From: Obrimoposthia wandeli
Lineage: Eukaryota
NCBI GenBank assembly: GCA_977020255.1
Contig: CDROCS010004896.1
Location: 62,001 to 126,000, forward strand
DNA: 64,000 bases
Reading direction: 5' to 3'
The position numbers and the translations under genes are program-made. The notes under the pieces are model-generated. The model saw only the letters and a program-made list of their open reading frames with translations, was not told the origin of the DNA and ran no database searches. Positions 19,174-29,886 of this stretch are shown piece by piece. The stretch's first letter is position 1, and each line of letters opens with the position of its first letter.

Positions 19174-20490
19174 ATGTCTTACTCTATCGACAAATCACAA
19201 AACCTTTTTGAACGCGCACAAGAATTTATTCCGGGTGGTGTTAACTCCCCAGTACGTGCCTTTAAAGGCGTGGGTGGAACACCTATTTTCTTCGAACGCG
19301 GTGAAGGTTCTTGCGTATTTGATGCTGACGGCAATCGCTATATCGATTACGTCGGTTCTTGGGGCCCAATGATTATGGGTCATGCTCGTGGTGATGTGAT
19401 CGAAGCTGTTAAAGCGCAATTAGACCAAGGCTTGAGTTTTGGTGCACCGACTGAGATTGAAATCGAAATGGCTCAAACTGTATGCGGCATTATGCCGGGT
19501 ATGGATATGGTGCGGATGGTGAACTCGGGTACTGAAGCGACCATGAGTGCTATTCGTTTAGCCCGAGGCTTCAACGGTCGCGATAAGCTAGTGAAATTTG
19601 AAGGCTGTTACCACGGCCACGCTGATGCGTTATTAGTAAAAGCAGGTTCTGGTGCACTTACCTTAGGTGTTCCGTCTTCTCCCGGTGTTCCTGCTGGCGT
19701 AGCCGACGATACCATCACGTTAAATTACAACGATATCGAAGATGTAAAAGCCTACTTCGCTGAAAAAGGTGATCAAGTCGCCTGTATTATCGTTGAGCCA
19801 GTTGCGGGGAATATGAACTGCATTCCACCCACAAAAGAGTTTTTACAATGCTTGCGTGAAGTGTGTGATCAACACGGCGCCGTATTAATTTTTGACGAAG
19901 TAATGTCAGGTTTCCGCGTATCGTTAACGGGGGCGCAAGGTTATTACGGCGTACAGCCAGATCTAACAACGTTAGGTAAAGTAATCGGCGGTGGTCTTCC
20001 TGTGGGTGCGTTTGGCGGCAAACGTGAAATCATGGAATACCTAGCGCCAATCGGGCCTGTTTATCAGGCTGGCACTCTTTCCGGTAATCCTCTTGCCATG
20101 GCGGCAGGTTTAGCGATGATGAAGTCGGTTCAACAAGATGGTTTGTATGAGCAGCTATCTTCTCGTGTCGCTCAGCTATGTACGGGCTTACAAGCCGCTG
20201 CTGATAAGCAGGGCATTCCTTTCACTACGAATAGTGCGGGCTCTATGTTTGGCTTCTTCTTCACAGAAGCAAAGCAAGTAACCAACTTTGCGCAAGTCTG
20301 TGAATGTGACCAAGAAGCTTTCAAAGCTTTCTTCCATGGCATGTTAGAGCAAGGTGTTTACCTAGCGCCTTCTGCTTTTGAAGCGGGCTTTATGTCTGCG
20401 GCTCATAGCGAATCCGATATCAACGATACCATTGCTGCTGCGGATTCTGTATTTGCTCAAATGTCTTCAGCTAAAGCGGCTGCTAAATAA
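19174..20490 (+). CDS. hemL: Glutamate-1-semialdehyde 2,1-aminomutase
   Basis: [42 protein letters not shown] (PLP Lys) and QAGTLSGNP; start set at MSYSIDKS (ORF track 19039). Confidence 0.98.
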   Translation: MSYSIDKSQNLFERAQEFIPGGVNSPVRAFKGVGGTPIFFERGEGSCVFDADGNRYIDYVGSWGPMIMGHARGDVIEAVKAQLDQGLSFGAPTEIEIEMAQTVCGIMPGMDMVRMVNSGTEATMSAIRLARGFNGRDKLVKFEGCYHGHADALLVKAGSGALTLGVPSSPGVPAGVADDTITLNYNDIEDVKAYFAEKGDQVACIIVEPVAGNMNCIPPTKEFLQCLREVCDQHGAVLIFDEVMSGFRVSLTGAQGYYGVQPDLTTLGKVIGGGLPVGAFGGKREIMEYLAPIGPVYQAGTLSGNPLAMAAGLAMMKSVQQDGLYEQLSSRVAQLCTGLQAAADKQGIPFTTNSAGSMFGFFFTEAKQVTNFAQVCECDQEAFKAFFHGMLEQGVYLAPSAFEAGFMSAAHSESDINDTIAAADSVFAQMSSAKAAAK

Positions 20491-20491
20491 G

Positions 20492-21109
20492 ATGCCTTTA
20501 ATGCTAACGATTGCAGGGCAGCTGCTTATGCTACTCGCGTCTTTATGGATGCTTAGAACCTGGAAATTAACAAATGACGCTCCTGGTTGGTATTCTGCTG
20601 CATTTTGCAGTGGTTTATTAATTGTCTCGTTCGCAGCGTCTAGTTTATTAACCCTCTTTATTGAACTCACTCCGATGTTTTGGTTTGAGCAACTAGCATT
20701 CTATGCGGCGTACCCATTATTAAGCTTTGTCTTGCTGGCACTGGCTTTTAATATAGATTGGCCAAAGGAGTCTTGGGGAAGAATATTATTGGGGGTTTGT
20801 GGTATTTATTGGGTCTGTCAGCAGACGCAGAATTTAAGCTACTTATTAGTCGCGAGTGCCCTGATCAGTAGTTTGGCGATCGCCAGATTATTAATCAATC
20901 AAGCTTCTGGCATTTGCACCAAGCAAGCGAACCTTACACTATCCGTTGCGAGCTTAGCCAGTTTGATCATTATTTTACACAGCCTAAGCGGTAACCCTAT
21001 CGCGACAGAGTTAGCTGCAAAATGGCCGCTAGAGTTGGCTTTAGGATTATTATTGTGTGCGATCAATCGAGCCTTCGTTCTTAACCTTAAGGCTAGATCC
21101 CCTGCTTAG
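20492..21109 (+). CDS. Hypothetical polytopic membrane protein
   Basis: About 6-7 hydrophobic segments; ATG 1 nt after the hemL stop (ORF track start 20378 lies inside hemL). Confidence 0.7.
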   Translation: MPLMLTIAGQLLMLLASLWMLRTWKLTNDAPGWYSAAFCSGLLIVSFAASSLLTLFIELTPMFWFEQLAFYAAYPLLSFVLLALAFNIDWPKESWGRILLGVCGIYWVCQQTQNLSYLLVASALISSLAIARLLINQASGICTKQANLTLSVASLASLIIILHSLSGNPIATELAAKWPLELALGLLLCAINRAFVLNLKARSPA

Positions 21110-21554
21110 CATTCACTTTATTTTGCAGCGTTTTAATACGACGCTGCAAAATTTCATGACTCGCATTACTCCCCCGCAAAAATAGCCGTGCACGTTGCAA
21201 TAATTGCTGTGCTTGCTGTAACTCTCCTAGCTGATAATTCAACCAAGCTTGACGATAAAAAATCGCCGAGTTACGCGGCTGTATCTGACGAGCGCGATCA
21301 AGATAAGATAAGGCCTGCTGATGCTGATTTTGTTGGCGTGCATCTTCTGCTTGAGTTAATAACACTTGTACCGCAGGGTGGTGCTTGCCTTCATCCAATC
21401 GTAAAAGGTCATCTTGTTGTGTGGGCTTACTAGCCCCATGCCTTTCTACTTCGTAGCTTTGCTGCTTTTTTGGATCATGCTTCAAACTATTTGGAACACT
21501 GCTACACGCGGCTAATAAACTAATAAAGAGCGCTAAAAAAACCAATCGAACCAC
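21093..21554 (-). CDS. TPR lipoprotein, LpoP-like PBP1B activator candidate
   Basis: Lipobox LAAC, flexible linker, TPR-like helices (ALSYLDRARQIQPRNSAIFYRQA); overlaps the 3' end of mrcB. Confidence 0.75.
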   Translation of the reverse strand: MVRLVFLALFISLLAACSSVPNSLKHDPKKQQSYEVERHGASKPTQQDDLLRLDEGKHHPAVQVLLTQAEDARQQNQHQQALSYLDRARQIQPRNSAIFYRQAWLNYQLGELQQAQQLLQRARLFLRGSNASHEILQRRIKTLQNKVNAKQGI

Positions 21555-23959
21555 GAACTACTCCTTTGTTTTACTGTTTCAATCGAATCGACTTTGGGAC
21601 CCGGTAACTTCCCGTCATCCTCACAGAATATTTCACGCCCTATTAAAGACCCAGACTTAAATGGCATTCTTCTAACACCGCCACAATCTTCTTCAACGGG
21701 CTGTCCATAAACATTGACCCAAGCCCAATCAAGATCGACTAGCGGTGTTAAAGGCTCTAAACCTGATTGCTTAAATATATTTTGCCAAATGGGAAGTGCA
21801 CCACTGGCGCCAGTAAAGGGCATCGGTTTATTATCATCGCGACCGAGCCAAACAACACCAAGGTGACGATCATCAAAACCCGCAAACCAAGCATCACGCT
21901 GCTCATCACTGGTGCCTGTTTTAGCCGCGATTTTAGTGGTATTAAACGTTTGCGCTAAACGCTTGCCCGTTCCTTGAACGACCACTTGCTGCAATCCATA
22001 ACGCAGTCTTTCTATTAACTCAGGTGAAAAAGCTTGTCGACCTTGCACGGCATAAGACGTTAATACCTGATTATCACGGGTCGTTAAGGCCTGAATAACT
22101 CTTGGTTTCATCGCAAAACCACCTGAGGCATAAGTCTGAAACATTTGGGTAACCTCAAGTGGGGACATCGATAACGAACCGAGCAATATCGATGGATAAG
22201 GCGGAATAAATTTTTCGACGCCCAAGCGTTCAAACGTATCAACTACCTGACCAATGCCTACCTTCATGCCTAGGCGCGCAGTCGCTTGGTTATAGGACTT
22301 AGCCATCGCATCGACCATGAATATTCTTCCATGATCTTTCTTATCATAATTTTGGGGTTGCCATACACTACCATCCTGACCCGCAACACTTACCGCTTTA
22401 TCATCAACAATACTTGACCAATCATATCGACCTGACTCTAATGCAGCTAAATAAACGGCGGGCTTAGCCAGTGAGCCAATCGAACGCTGAGCATCTAAGG
22501 CTCTATTAAAACCGAAATAACGCACACGACGAGAACCGACAATCGCACGCACTTCTGCGCCATCGACACTGGTAACAACAGCAGCAGCTTCTAGTGTTGG
22601 CTTAGCGAATCCCGCTCGTTTTTCTAAAGCTTCAACATGCTGCTGCACCGAGCTTTCTGTTGCATGCTGCAACCAAGGGTCGAGTGTCGTAAAAATCCTT
22701 AGACCTGTATTTTGTAAATCTTCCAAACGGTAATCGGTTTGCAGTTGGCGCTTAACTAACTGAATAAACGCGGGGTACTCACGCTGACCCGCTCGCCCTG
22801 ACTTAGCTACACGAATCGGCTGGCCTTGTGCATTGATACGCTGCGCAGCAGAGATGATGTTAAGTTCTGCCATCACATTTAATACAATGTCACGTCTTGA
22901 GCGAGCACGTTCAGCTTTGCGAAATGGGTTGTAATAAGATGGGCCTTTTATCATGCCGACTAGCAAAGCGATTTCGGATAAATCGAGTTGCTGAACATTC
23001 TTGGCAAAGTAAAAACGACTTGCTAAAGCAATACCATGTATCGATCGCCGACCCGCTTGCCCTAAATACACCTCGTTGAGGTAAGCCTGTAAAATTTCTT
23101 CCTTGCTATAGTGAAGCTCTAACAACAAAGCCATGAAGGCTTCTTTCACTTTACGACGCAATGATCTTTCATTGGTTAGAAAAAAGTTTTTCACCAATTG
23201 CTGAGTTAAGGTTGAGCCGCCTTGAACTGTTCTGCCAGCGGCAATATTAGCTTTCATAGCACGTAAAATGCCACGAATAGAAAGTCCAAAATGTTCAAAG
23301 TAAGCGCGATCTTCAACCCCAATTAAGGCTGCAACTAATGCAGGAGGCACATCTTGCAAGGTAATTAATTCACGATCTTCATGATGAGCAGGAAAGATAC
23401 CGCCAATGTATTGAGGCTCAATACGCACCAGACCTTCAGTTTGTCCCGCTACAGAGAGTTCATCGATACGACCTGCAGAAAATGATAATCGAACTTTCAC
23501 TGCTGCTTCATTTCGATCGGAAAATGAAAAACCACGACGATAAATTATCCAGTCCTGACCTTCTCGACCATAGGTGCCCGGAGTCATAACATGACTAACG
23601 GCCTTATAATCATTCCATTTCAGTTCCGCCGTTAATTGCTCGGCCGATAACAATAGTCCGGGATACAGCGATAGTGGGCGAGCATACACTTTTGCCGGCA
23701 GAGTCCATTTATTACCATCAAACTGCGAGCGTACTTGAGCATCCAGATAGACTAGCCATGTACCAAGTACCAAGGAAAATAGAATAGATAGTCGCCAGAG
23801 CCAAGACCAAGAACGTTGCTTCCACGTACGCTGATTGCTCACCGTAGAAGTCGGCTTTAATGGCTTCTTTTTAGTCGCTGTCTTTTTGCTCGCAGCCGGT
23901 TTTTTAGTACTAGATTTACTCGCCCTAGTTGGCTTTTTAGCAGTCGTCATATTGTGCAT
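21533..23959 (-). CDS. mrcB: Penicillin-binding protein 1B
   Basis: Transglycosylase VEDRAYFEH and GGSTLTQQLVKN; UB2H-like region; transpeptidase GSLAK, SYN and KTG motifs. Confidence 0.96.
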   Translation of the reverse strand: MHNMTTAKKPTRASKSSTKKPAASKKTATKKKPLKPTSTVSNQRTWKQRSWSWLWRLSILFSLVLGTWLVYLDAQVRSQFDGNKWTLPAKVYARPLSLYPGLLLSAEQLTAELKWNDYKAVSHVMTPGTYGREGQDWIIYRRGFSFSDRNEAAVKVRLSFSAGRIDELSVAGQTEGLVRIEPQYIGGIFPAHHEDRELITLQDVPPALVAALIGVEDRAYFEHFGLSIRGILRAMKANIAAGRTVQGGSTLTQQLVKNFFLTNERSLRRKVKEAFMALLLELHYSKEEILQAYLNEVYLGQAGRRSIHGIALASRFYFAKNVQQLDLSEIALLVGMIKGPSYYNPFRKAERARSRRDIVLNVMAELNIISAAQRINAQGQPIRVAKSGRAGQREYPAFIQLVKRQLQTDYRLEDLQNTGLRIFTTLDPWLQHATESSVQQHVEALEKRAGFAKPTLEAAAVVTSVDGAEVRAIVGSRRVRYFGFNRALDAQRSIGSLAKPAVYLAALESGRYDWSSIVDDKAVSVAGQDGSVWQPQNYDKKDHGRIFMVDAMAKSYNQATARLGMKVGIGQVVDTFERLGVEKFIPPYPSILLGSLSMSPLEVTQMFQTYASGGFAMKPRVIQALTTRDNQVLTSYAVQGRQAFSPELIERLRYGLQQVVVQGTGKRLAQTFNTTKIAAKTGTSDEQRDAWFAGFDDRHLGVVWLGRDDNKPMPFTGASGALPIWQNIFKQSGLEPLTPLVDLDWAWVNVYGQPVEEDCGGVRRMPFKSGSLIGREIFCEDDGKLPGPKVDSIETVKQRSSSWFDWFF

Positions 23960-24051
23960 ATGCTAACACAGACTAACTTAGTCATATGCTTGAGTTCTGT
24001 TAAACTGCTGCCAACAAGTTATCATTATTCTAATTTATAGAGACATAACAC

Positions 24052-25044
24052 ATGGCTAAGTATCACATTTATGGCATCGGCAACGCACTGGTTGATAAAG
24101 AGTTTGAAGTTGAAGACAGCTTTTTTTCTGATCTAAATATTGAAAAAGGCATCATGACCTTAATCGAAGAAGATCAACTGGCCGAACGCTTAGCCGTATT
24201 GAATGATCGCTTTGGTCTTAAAAAACGAGCTTGTGGTGGCAGCGCAGCCAATACCATTATTGGTGCGAGCTACTTTGGAGCAAAGACCTTTTATAGCTGT
24301 AACGTTGCTAACGATGAAGCCGGTGACTTTTATATGCAAGATATGAAAGACGCGGGTGTTGATACCAATCTTGGCGATGATCGCGACGAAGGCGTTACAG
24401 GTAAATGCCTAGTAATGGTAACCCCTGATGCAGAACGTACCATGAATACTTACTTAGGTATTACTGCAAATCTAGAACAAAAGCATATTGATGAGGTAGC
24501 ATTAGCGGATTCTGAATACGCTTATATTGAAGGCTACTTGGTAACGTCTGATCTTTCTCGTGCTGCAGCGATTCAAGTTCGCAAACTAGCAGAAGAGAAA
24601 GGCATTAAAACGGCTTTAACCTTCTCTGATCCAGCCATGGTTCAATTCTTTAAAGATGGCCTAAAAGAAATGATCGGCGATGGCGTCGACTTATTATTCT
24701 GTAACGAAGAAGAAGCTATGCTATTCGCCGATACCGATAAGCTAGAAGACGCAATTTCTTTCATGAAGACTCAAGCTAATACCTTTGCGATTACTTTAGG
24801 CAGTAAAGGTGCCATTGCTTTTGATGGCAAGACGACTCATGTAATTGAAGCAAATGAAGTGACGGCTGTTGATTCTAACGGTGCTGGAGATATGTTTGCA
24901 GGCGCTTTCATGTATGCAATCACTCATGGACATGATTTTGCAGCCGCAGGTCGTTTAGCCAGCGCAGCATCCTCAAAAGTCGTTAGCCAATTTGGTCCAC
25001 GCTTGGAAGCAGAACAGCACGAGCCATTGAAAGCCGTTCTGTAG
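24052..25044 (+). CDS. PfkB/adenosine kinase family sugar kinase
   Basis: GIGNALVD, GGSAANT and DSNGAGDMFAGAF motifs. Confidence 0.9.
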   Translation: MAKYHIYGIGNALVDKEFEVEDSFFSDLNIEKGIMTLIEEDQLAERLAVLNDRFGLKKRACGGSAANTIIGASYFGAKTFYSCNVANDEAGDFYMQDMKDAGVDTNLGDDRDEGVTGKCLVMVTPDAERTMNTYLGITANLEQKHIDEVALADSEYAYIEGYLVTSDLSRAAAIQVRKLAEEKGIKTALTFSDPAMVQFFKDGLKEMIGDGVDLLFCNEEEAMLFADTDKLEDAISFMKTQANTFAITLGSKGAIAFDGKTTHVIEANEVTAVDSNGAGDMFAGAFMYAITHGHDFAAAGRLASAASSKVVSQFGPRLEAEQHEPLKAVL

Positions 25045-25124
25045 TCAGAAGCTAGTACTGAGTATTACAGCAGGTTATATTTCTTTATTTAGGTAAGGGA
25101 ATATAATCTTAATCACTCACAGCC

Positions 25125-25478
25125 TTACTCTGCTGAGAAGGAGCGGGCTTTTAAAGTAAACTCTCTAATAACGTGATAAGTAATTAGACCCCGTTTATTA
25201 ACACGGCACTGCGCATAACCTTCTTGGTCATTATCCTGCAGGTCTAAAAAGATATCAAAATGTTCATTGGTTTCACGACTGGAAGCTTTGTCGATATAGA
25301 CATAAGCATCATTCGGTAATACATACTTAATATATCCCTTACAATGCTCCATTGCATCACCGATATCACCCACCTTGCCCTGCATTTCATATTGCTCTTT
25401 ATACAGGCGACAAGAGGCGAAGATCAGGCAAGCCAGTAAAATAATTAATAATTTATTAACACTCATAAACAACCACAA
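25125..25478 (-). CDS. Small hypothetical lipoprotein
   Basis: Hydrophobic leader with lipobox-like FASC; no recognised domain. Confidence 0.6.
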   Translation of the reverse strand: MWLFMSVNKLLIILLACLIFASCRLYKEQYEMQGKVGDIGDAMEHCKGYIKYVLPNDAYVYIDKASSRETNEHFDIFLDLQDNDQEGYAQCRVNKRGLITYHVIREFTLKARSFSAE

Positions 25479-25601
25479 TTTTTCAACAATATTGGAAGTA
25501 TAGTATTTTGTGACCTAAATTCTGTTGTATTCCAGTATTAATAACGTAACTAACCGACCAATTTCATGAATATACGACGAAATAACTAGCATTCATCCCG
25601 C

Positions 25602-26081
25602 TTACATCAATAGCTCTGGACGAATGGGATGAAACTCATCCGTCGCTTCTATTAACGAACCTGCTGTTAATTTCAAAACCCCATACACTTCTGTATGCAC
25701 ACCATAAGCTTGGCGCACTTTTTCTAATAGCAGGTCAAAATCACCATCACCAGATAATAAGATGATGGTATCAATATCGTCTCTAGCGGCCGCTTCCATC
25801 ACATCAATAGCGATGCCCACATCCCAATCACCTTTGGCACTGCCATCACGTCGCTGAATATAAGGTTTAAGTCTTACTTCAAAGCCGATATGTTTAAGTG
25901 CATCTTGAAATTTAATTTGCTGATCATCGCCTTTATTAATGGCATAGGCTTTAGCGCAAACGATCTCACCTTGCTTAGCAATCTCTTTCCATAGCTTACG
26001 ATAATTAAACGGACGCCCATATGTATCACGAGTGGTGTAATAAATATTTTGCACATCGACAAAGATTGCTATTTTTTTCAT
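25602..26081 (-). CDS. NYN (LabA/DUF88, PIN-like) domain protein
   Basis: IFVDVQNIYY, KGDWDVGIAID and LLSGDGDF acidic catalytic motifs. Confidence 0.92.
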   Translation of the reverse strand: MKKIAIFVDVQNIYYTTRDTYGRPFNYRKLWKEIAKQGEIVCAKAYAINKGDDQQIKFQDALKHIGFEVRLKPYIQRRDGSAKGDWDVGIAIDVMEAAARDDIDTIILLSGDGDFDLLLEKVRQAYGVHTEVYGVLKLTAGSLIEATDEFHPIRPELLM

Positions 26082-26097
26082 GAGGACATCTCTGAAA

Positions 26098-26131
26098 CTA
26101 AAGCCATTATCCTAATAGATTATGGCTTTAG
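26098..26131 (-). terminator. Hairpin after the TonB receptor gene
   Basis: CTAAAGCCATTATC / GATTATGGCTTTAG, 13/14 bp stem. Confidence 0.6.
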
Positions 26132-26182
26132 AAGATTCATAAAAATTCACTGGAAGCACAACGAGTATTGAGAACCAATATA

Positions 26183-28405
26183 TTAAAACTGGTATTTTGC
26201 ACCGACATTAATAGATCGAGGTTTGCCTGGACGAAAACCATATGGCTTAACGCCGGCCACATATTGCTCATCAAATACATTATCAATGGTGCTATAGAAT
26301 TGCAGATCCGTCATGTAATGATAACTCGCGCTTAAATCAACAATGGTATGCGCTTCAATTAAATCAGCTTTGCTAATGCGGCCTTTACCGGACACATTTC
26401 GCATCTCACTTTGATATAAGATAGAGGAATTCAGCTTCCACTTTTCTCGGCCAATTCCCACTTGCACATTCAAGCGATGCTCGGGTAAATACCCTATTTC
26501 ATAACCTGCTTCAATCACTTGGCCTGTTTCACCAAAGGCACCACTGGTATCGACAAAATCATCTCCAAACTCACCGTGGCTATAGGTATAAGTTGATGAC
26601 AGTGGAACCATAAATCCACTCACTAATAACTGTCGATTCCAGCCGGCTTCTAAGCCATAAACTACGGCACTACCTGCATTGGCTTGCTCGCCCGTATTAT
26701 TGCTATCGCAAGAACCTTGAGCAAAGCTACAAGTACCACTGAATTCGCTGTAATTATTTACGAAGGCAATGACTTCGGCCTGACCTTCTAAAGCCCAAGC
26801 ACCTGAAAAACGAGAACCTAATTCAACGTTCGTGCTTTCCTCTGGTTTCACATTATCTGTAGCACCGGGCGTTGCCGCCGTGAAGCCTTTATAAACACCG
26901 GCCAAAATACCGACATCATCGGTTAGCTGAGAATAAACCCCGATACCAGGCAGCCAGACTGACTGCTTTAACGTATTTTCTGATTCTTTAATACCCGTGA
27001 GTTTTCCATAAACAGTTTTGGATGATTCAATATTTTCATGACGAAGACCCAAGCTTAGAACCGTATCATCAATTTGAATTTTATTTTGAATATAGACCGC
27101 TACCGCTAATGCGTCATTGGTATTTCGCGCAGTCGTTTTAAAGGTGCCATCAACAGCCTGCAAGGTTCCGCCCATTAACATATCGTAATTTTGTTCAGTA
27201 TGATCACGCTTAACTTGGTCTTGATGAATACGAATACCGACTTCAATGTCATTTTTGAAACCAAAAAAATCATAGCGATCATTGATGCGCGTTTGGAGTC
27301 CTTGCGAGAAAAATTTACGGCCGTTGTTACCAATACGTAATTGTTGATCAGTACCGACACTACTCGCTTCGCCTTTCAACACATCATAATAAGCGGCATT
27401 CGTTATCGGGTCGGATAACACATCATCAATGCTGACATCATAAGTATTAAAAGCATTTATTTTAAACCAATCACGATCAAAGTTATTCCTGTACACATTG
27501 GTTGTAACAACCAGGTCATCAACTTCTAATTGATGCGTAAACTGAAATTGCTCATGCGCCCATTCACTTTTATCCAAACTCGACGCTGCATAACGACGAT
27601 TAGCATCATCTTCAAAATCATTTCGGGTTAAACCCAGATACGTTTCGTTAGCATCTTCGTCGGCATAACCGATTTTTAATAAAAACAACTGACTGACTTC
27701 ACCCTGTGTTTGCCAGCTGGTTTTCAGATTGATATCGTTTCTTTCAAAACCCGTATCATCGCTCGCGCCTGCACCATCGAGGTCTTTGAAACCATCAGCA
27801 CTGACTCGTAGACCTTCAATCAAATAACCAAACTGCTCTATTTGCTGGCCTTGATATACGTTGTAGCGCTGGAAATTATCCGAACCATATTGAACATCCA
27901 GTTCGCCCGTCGACTCATAAGGAATCTCGCGGCTCACCATATTTATCGCACCACCGACGGTGGCAGGACCGTATTGAATCGCAGAAGGGCCTTTAAATAC
28001 CTCAACCGCACTCATGCGTGACATATTTGGAAAATAGTACGCAGCGGGAGCCGAATAAGGAGCTGGCCCGGATAAAATACCATCTTCCATTACCGTGATT
28101 TTTTTACTGCGCTCAGGAGACGTACCGCGTAAACCAATATTCGGACGTAAGCCATAGCCATCTTCTTCTTGAATATTGACACCCGGCACCGCATTTAAAA
28201 TACGATGTAAGTCGGTGTATTCAAAAGTATCTAAAGCAAGCTCATCAATTAGAGTCGCTGACCCTGGCTGCCGTAAAATGGCATCTTTACCCCCGGTAAT
28301 ATAAACACTATCAAGCTCAATGCCGTTTTCGGCTTGAGCAATAATAGAATCGGTGGCCAATAACAAAATCAGCGGAAAGGTATAAATAGCAGAAATATAG
28401 TTCAA
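26183..28405 (-). CDS. TonB-dependent receptor (FecA-like)
   Basis: Signal peptide, TonB-box-like DSVYITG, plug motifs PGVNIQEEDGYGLRPNIGLRG and VEVFKGP, C-terminal KYQF. Confidence 0.93.
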   Translation of the reverse strand: MNYISAIYTFPLILLLATDSIIAQAENGIELDSVYITGGKDAILRQPGSATLIDELALDTFEYTDLHRILNAVPGVNIQEEDGYGLRPNIGLRGTSPERSKKITVMEDGILSGPAPYSAPAAYYFPNMSRMSAVEVFKGPSAIQYGPATVGGAINMVSREIPYESTGELDVQYGSDNFQRYNVYQGQQIEQFGYLIEGLRVSADGFKDLDGAGASDDTGFERNDINLKTSWQTQGEVSQLFLLKIGYADEDANETYLGLTRNDFEDDANRRYAASSLDKSEWAHEQFQFTHQLEVDDLVVTTNVYRNNFDRDWFKINAFNTYDVSIDDVLSDPITNAAYYDVLKGEASSVGTDQQLRIGNNGRKFFSQGLQTRINDRYDFFGFKNDIEVGIRIHQDQVKRDHTEQNYDMLMGGTLQAVDGTFKTTARNTNDALAVAVYIQNKIQIDDTVLSLGLRHENIESSKTVYGKLTGIKESENTLKQSVWLPGIGVYSQLTDDVGILAGVYKGFTAATPGATDNVKPEESTNVELGSRFSGAWALEGQAEVIAFVNNYSEFSGTCSFAQGSCDSNNTGEQANAGSAVVYGLEAGWNRQLLVSGFMVPLSSTYTYSHGEFGDDFVDTSGAFGETGQVIEAGYEIGYLPEHRLNVQVGIGREKWKLNSSILYQSEMRNVSGKGRISKADLIEAHTIVDLSASYHYMTDLQFYSTIDNVFDEQYVAGVKPYGFRPGKPRSINVGAKYQF

Positions 28406-28488
28406 AACAGTGAATTCCAGCAGAAGCGATGCTCAGCATTTAAACACAAATGAGACGTATTAGTAATAAGATTAATCAACAATCTAGC

Positions 28489-28513
28489 CGCTTATTCCGA
28501 GCATGAATAAGCG
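28489..28513 (-). terminator. Hairpin after the peroxidase-like gene
   Basis: Perfect 9-bp stem CGCTTATTC / GAATAAGCG. Confidence 0.55.
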
Positions 28514-28528
28514 ACTGAACTAGAAACG

Positions 28529-29806
28529 CTATAAGCCGCAGCTCTCTACTTTTTCAGGGTCTAATAAATTTTCATAGCGGGCATCGGTAAGAGACATAAT
28601 GAAGCAGACTAACGCTTCTATTTCACCATTATCTAAATTTTGCTTATTTTTGCCTAGAATATCATGGGCAATATTCTCATTAATTTCAGCACCTCCCCAA
28701 GGCAAACCCGTTTCAGGGTTGTTAACTGCACCACCAGGGAGATCGAGTGCCACATCTTTAGCGTGTTGATAAAAACGAATTACCGTTTCTAGCTCGTTAA
28801 AAATACCGTTATGCATATAAGGTGCGGTAACCGCAACATTACGCAGAGTCGGCACCTTGAACTTACCTTTTTCCGTTTGGGTATCAACATGTGGGTTATT
28901 GAGTAGTCCCTCGTCCAAACTCGTAGCTCCATTAAAACTGCGTAATGAAGTATTCACTGGCACGCCTATGTTGTGATATTCAAAACTGGTGAATAATTCT
29001 TCTTTAATTCGAAGCGGTTGTAATTGGTGACAAGCAGCACACGTTAGATTACTACCAAAAAATAATACCTGCCCCGTTCTAGCTTTTGACGTAATTGGAA
29101 ACTCATAAAAGTTTTCATCCCTAAAGTTTAAGAATGTTCTATCGTACTTAGAGTCAAAAGGCGAAAATTCATCCGTCTTCTCAAACTCGCCAATACTTTC
29201 AGCCATCGCGGCATACGCTAGCTCAGCATCATCAAATATATTACTGCCAAAAACATGCTCAAAACCTGCGATATATTCAGAGTTTTCTTTGATCCGTTCA
29301 ACCACCGAGGCTTTATCTGGCATATTCATTTCGCCTGGATTCGTAGGAGGACCACCCGCTTGCCCCTTCAGATCTGTTTCACGACCATCCCAGAACTGTC
29401 CCCCCATAAAGCCTTCATAAGCACCGATATCTAAATCAGTCATGATCTTATTTGAACGATCTCGCGTGCCTTCATGAAACAACGGGCTAAAAGAAGCATA
29501 CGCGGCCGAAGGTGCATTACGATCGCCAATGGATATTCCGTTATCGCCTAATGATCCTGCGGCTGCCACATCATCGCGACTCGCATCATTTGTTCTTTCG
29601 TCAATAAAGCCGTGGTCTGTGTTATGACATGTCGCACAAGATTGGGTGCGATCAAACGATAGGCTTTTATCTGAGTACAGCTGCTCACCTAGCGCTACCT
29701 TTGTATTCAGTTCAGGGGCACTGTTAGTATTTGAAGATCCGCCGCAGCCCGATAACAAGGCCGATGAAATACCTGTTATGACTAAACCCATGGTCAATTT
29801 GTTCAT
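28529..29806 (-). CDS. Di-haem cytochrome c peroxidase / MauG-like lipoprotein
   Basis: Lipobox LSGC; CATCH and CAACH haem motifs; GGQFWDGR and FKVPTLRNVAVTAPYMHNG family motifs. Confidence 0.9.
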   Translation of the reverse strand: MNKLTMGLVITGISSALLSGCGGSSNTNSAPELNTKVALGEQLYSDKSLSFDRTQSCATCHNTDHGFIDERTNDASRDDVAAAGSLGDNGISIGDRNAPSAAYASFSPLFHEGTRDRSNKIMTDLDIGAYEGFMGGQFWDGRETDLKGQAGGPPTNPGEMNMPDKASVVERIKENSEYIAGFEHVFGSNIFDDAELAYAAMAESIGEFEKTDEFSPFDSKYDRTFLNFRDENFYEFPITSKARTGQVLFFGSNLTCAACHQLQPLRIKEELFTSFEYHNIGVPVNTSLRSFNGATSLDEGLLNNPHVDTQTEKGKFKVPTLRNVAVTAPYMHNGIFNELETVIRFYQHAKDVALDLPGGAVNNPETGLPWGGAEINENIAHDILGKNKQNLDNGEIEALVCFIMSLTDARYENLLDPEKVESCGL

Positions 29807-29886
29807 GGTTACCCTACACCTCTATATGCACTGCTATTTACGACACGGTAAAAACTATAAGAATACTACTACATTTACTATGGATT

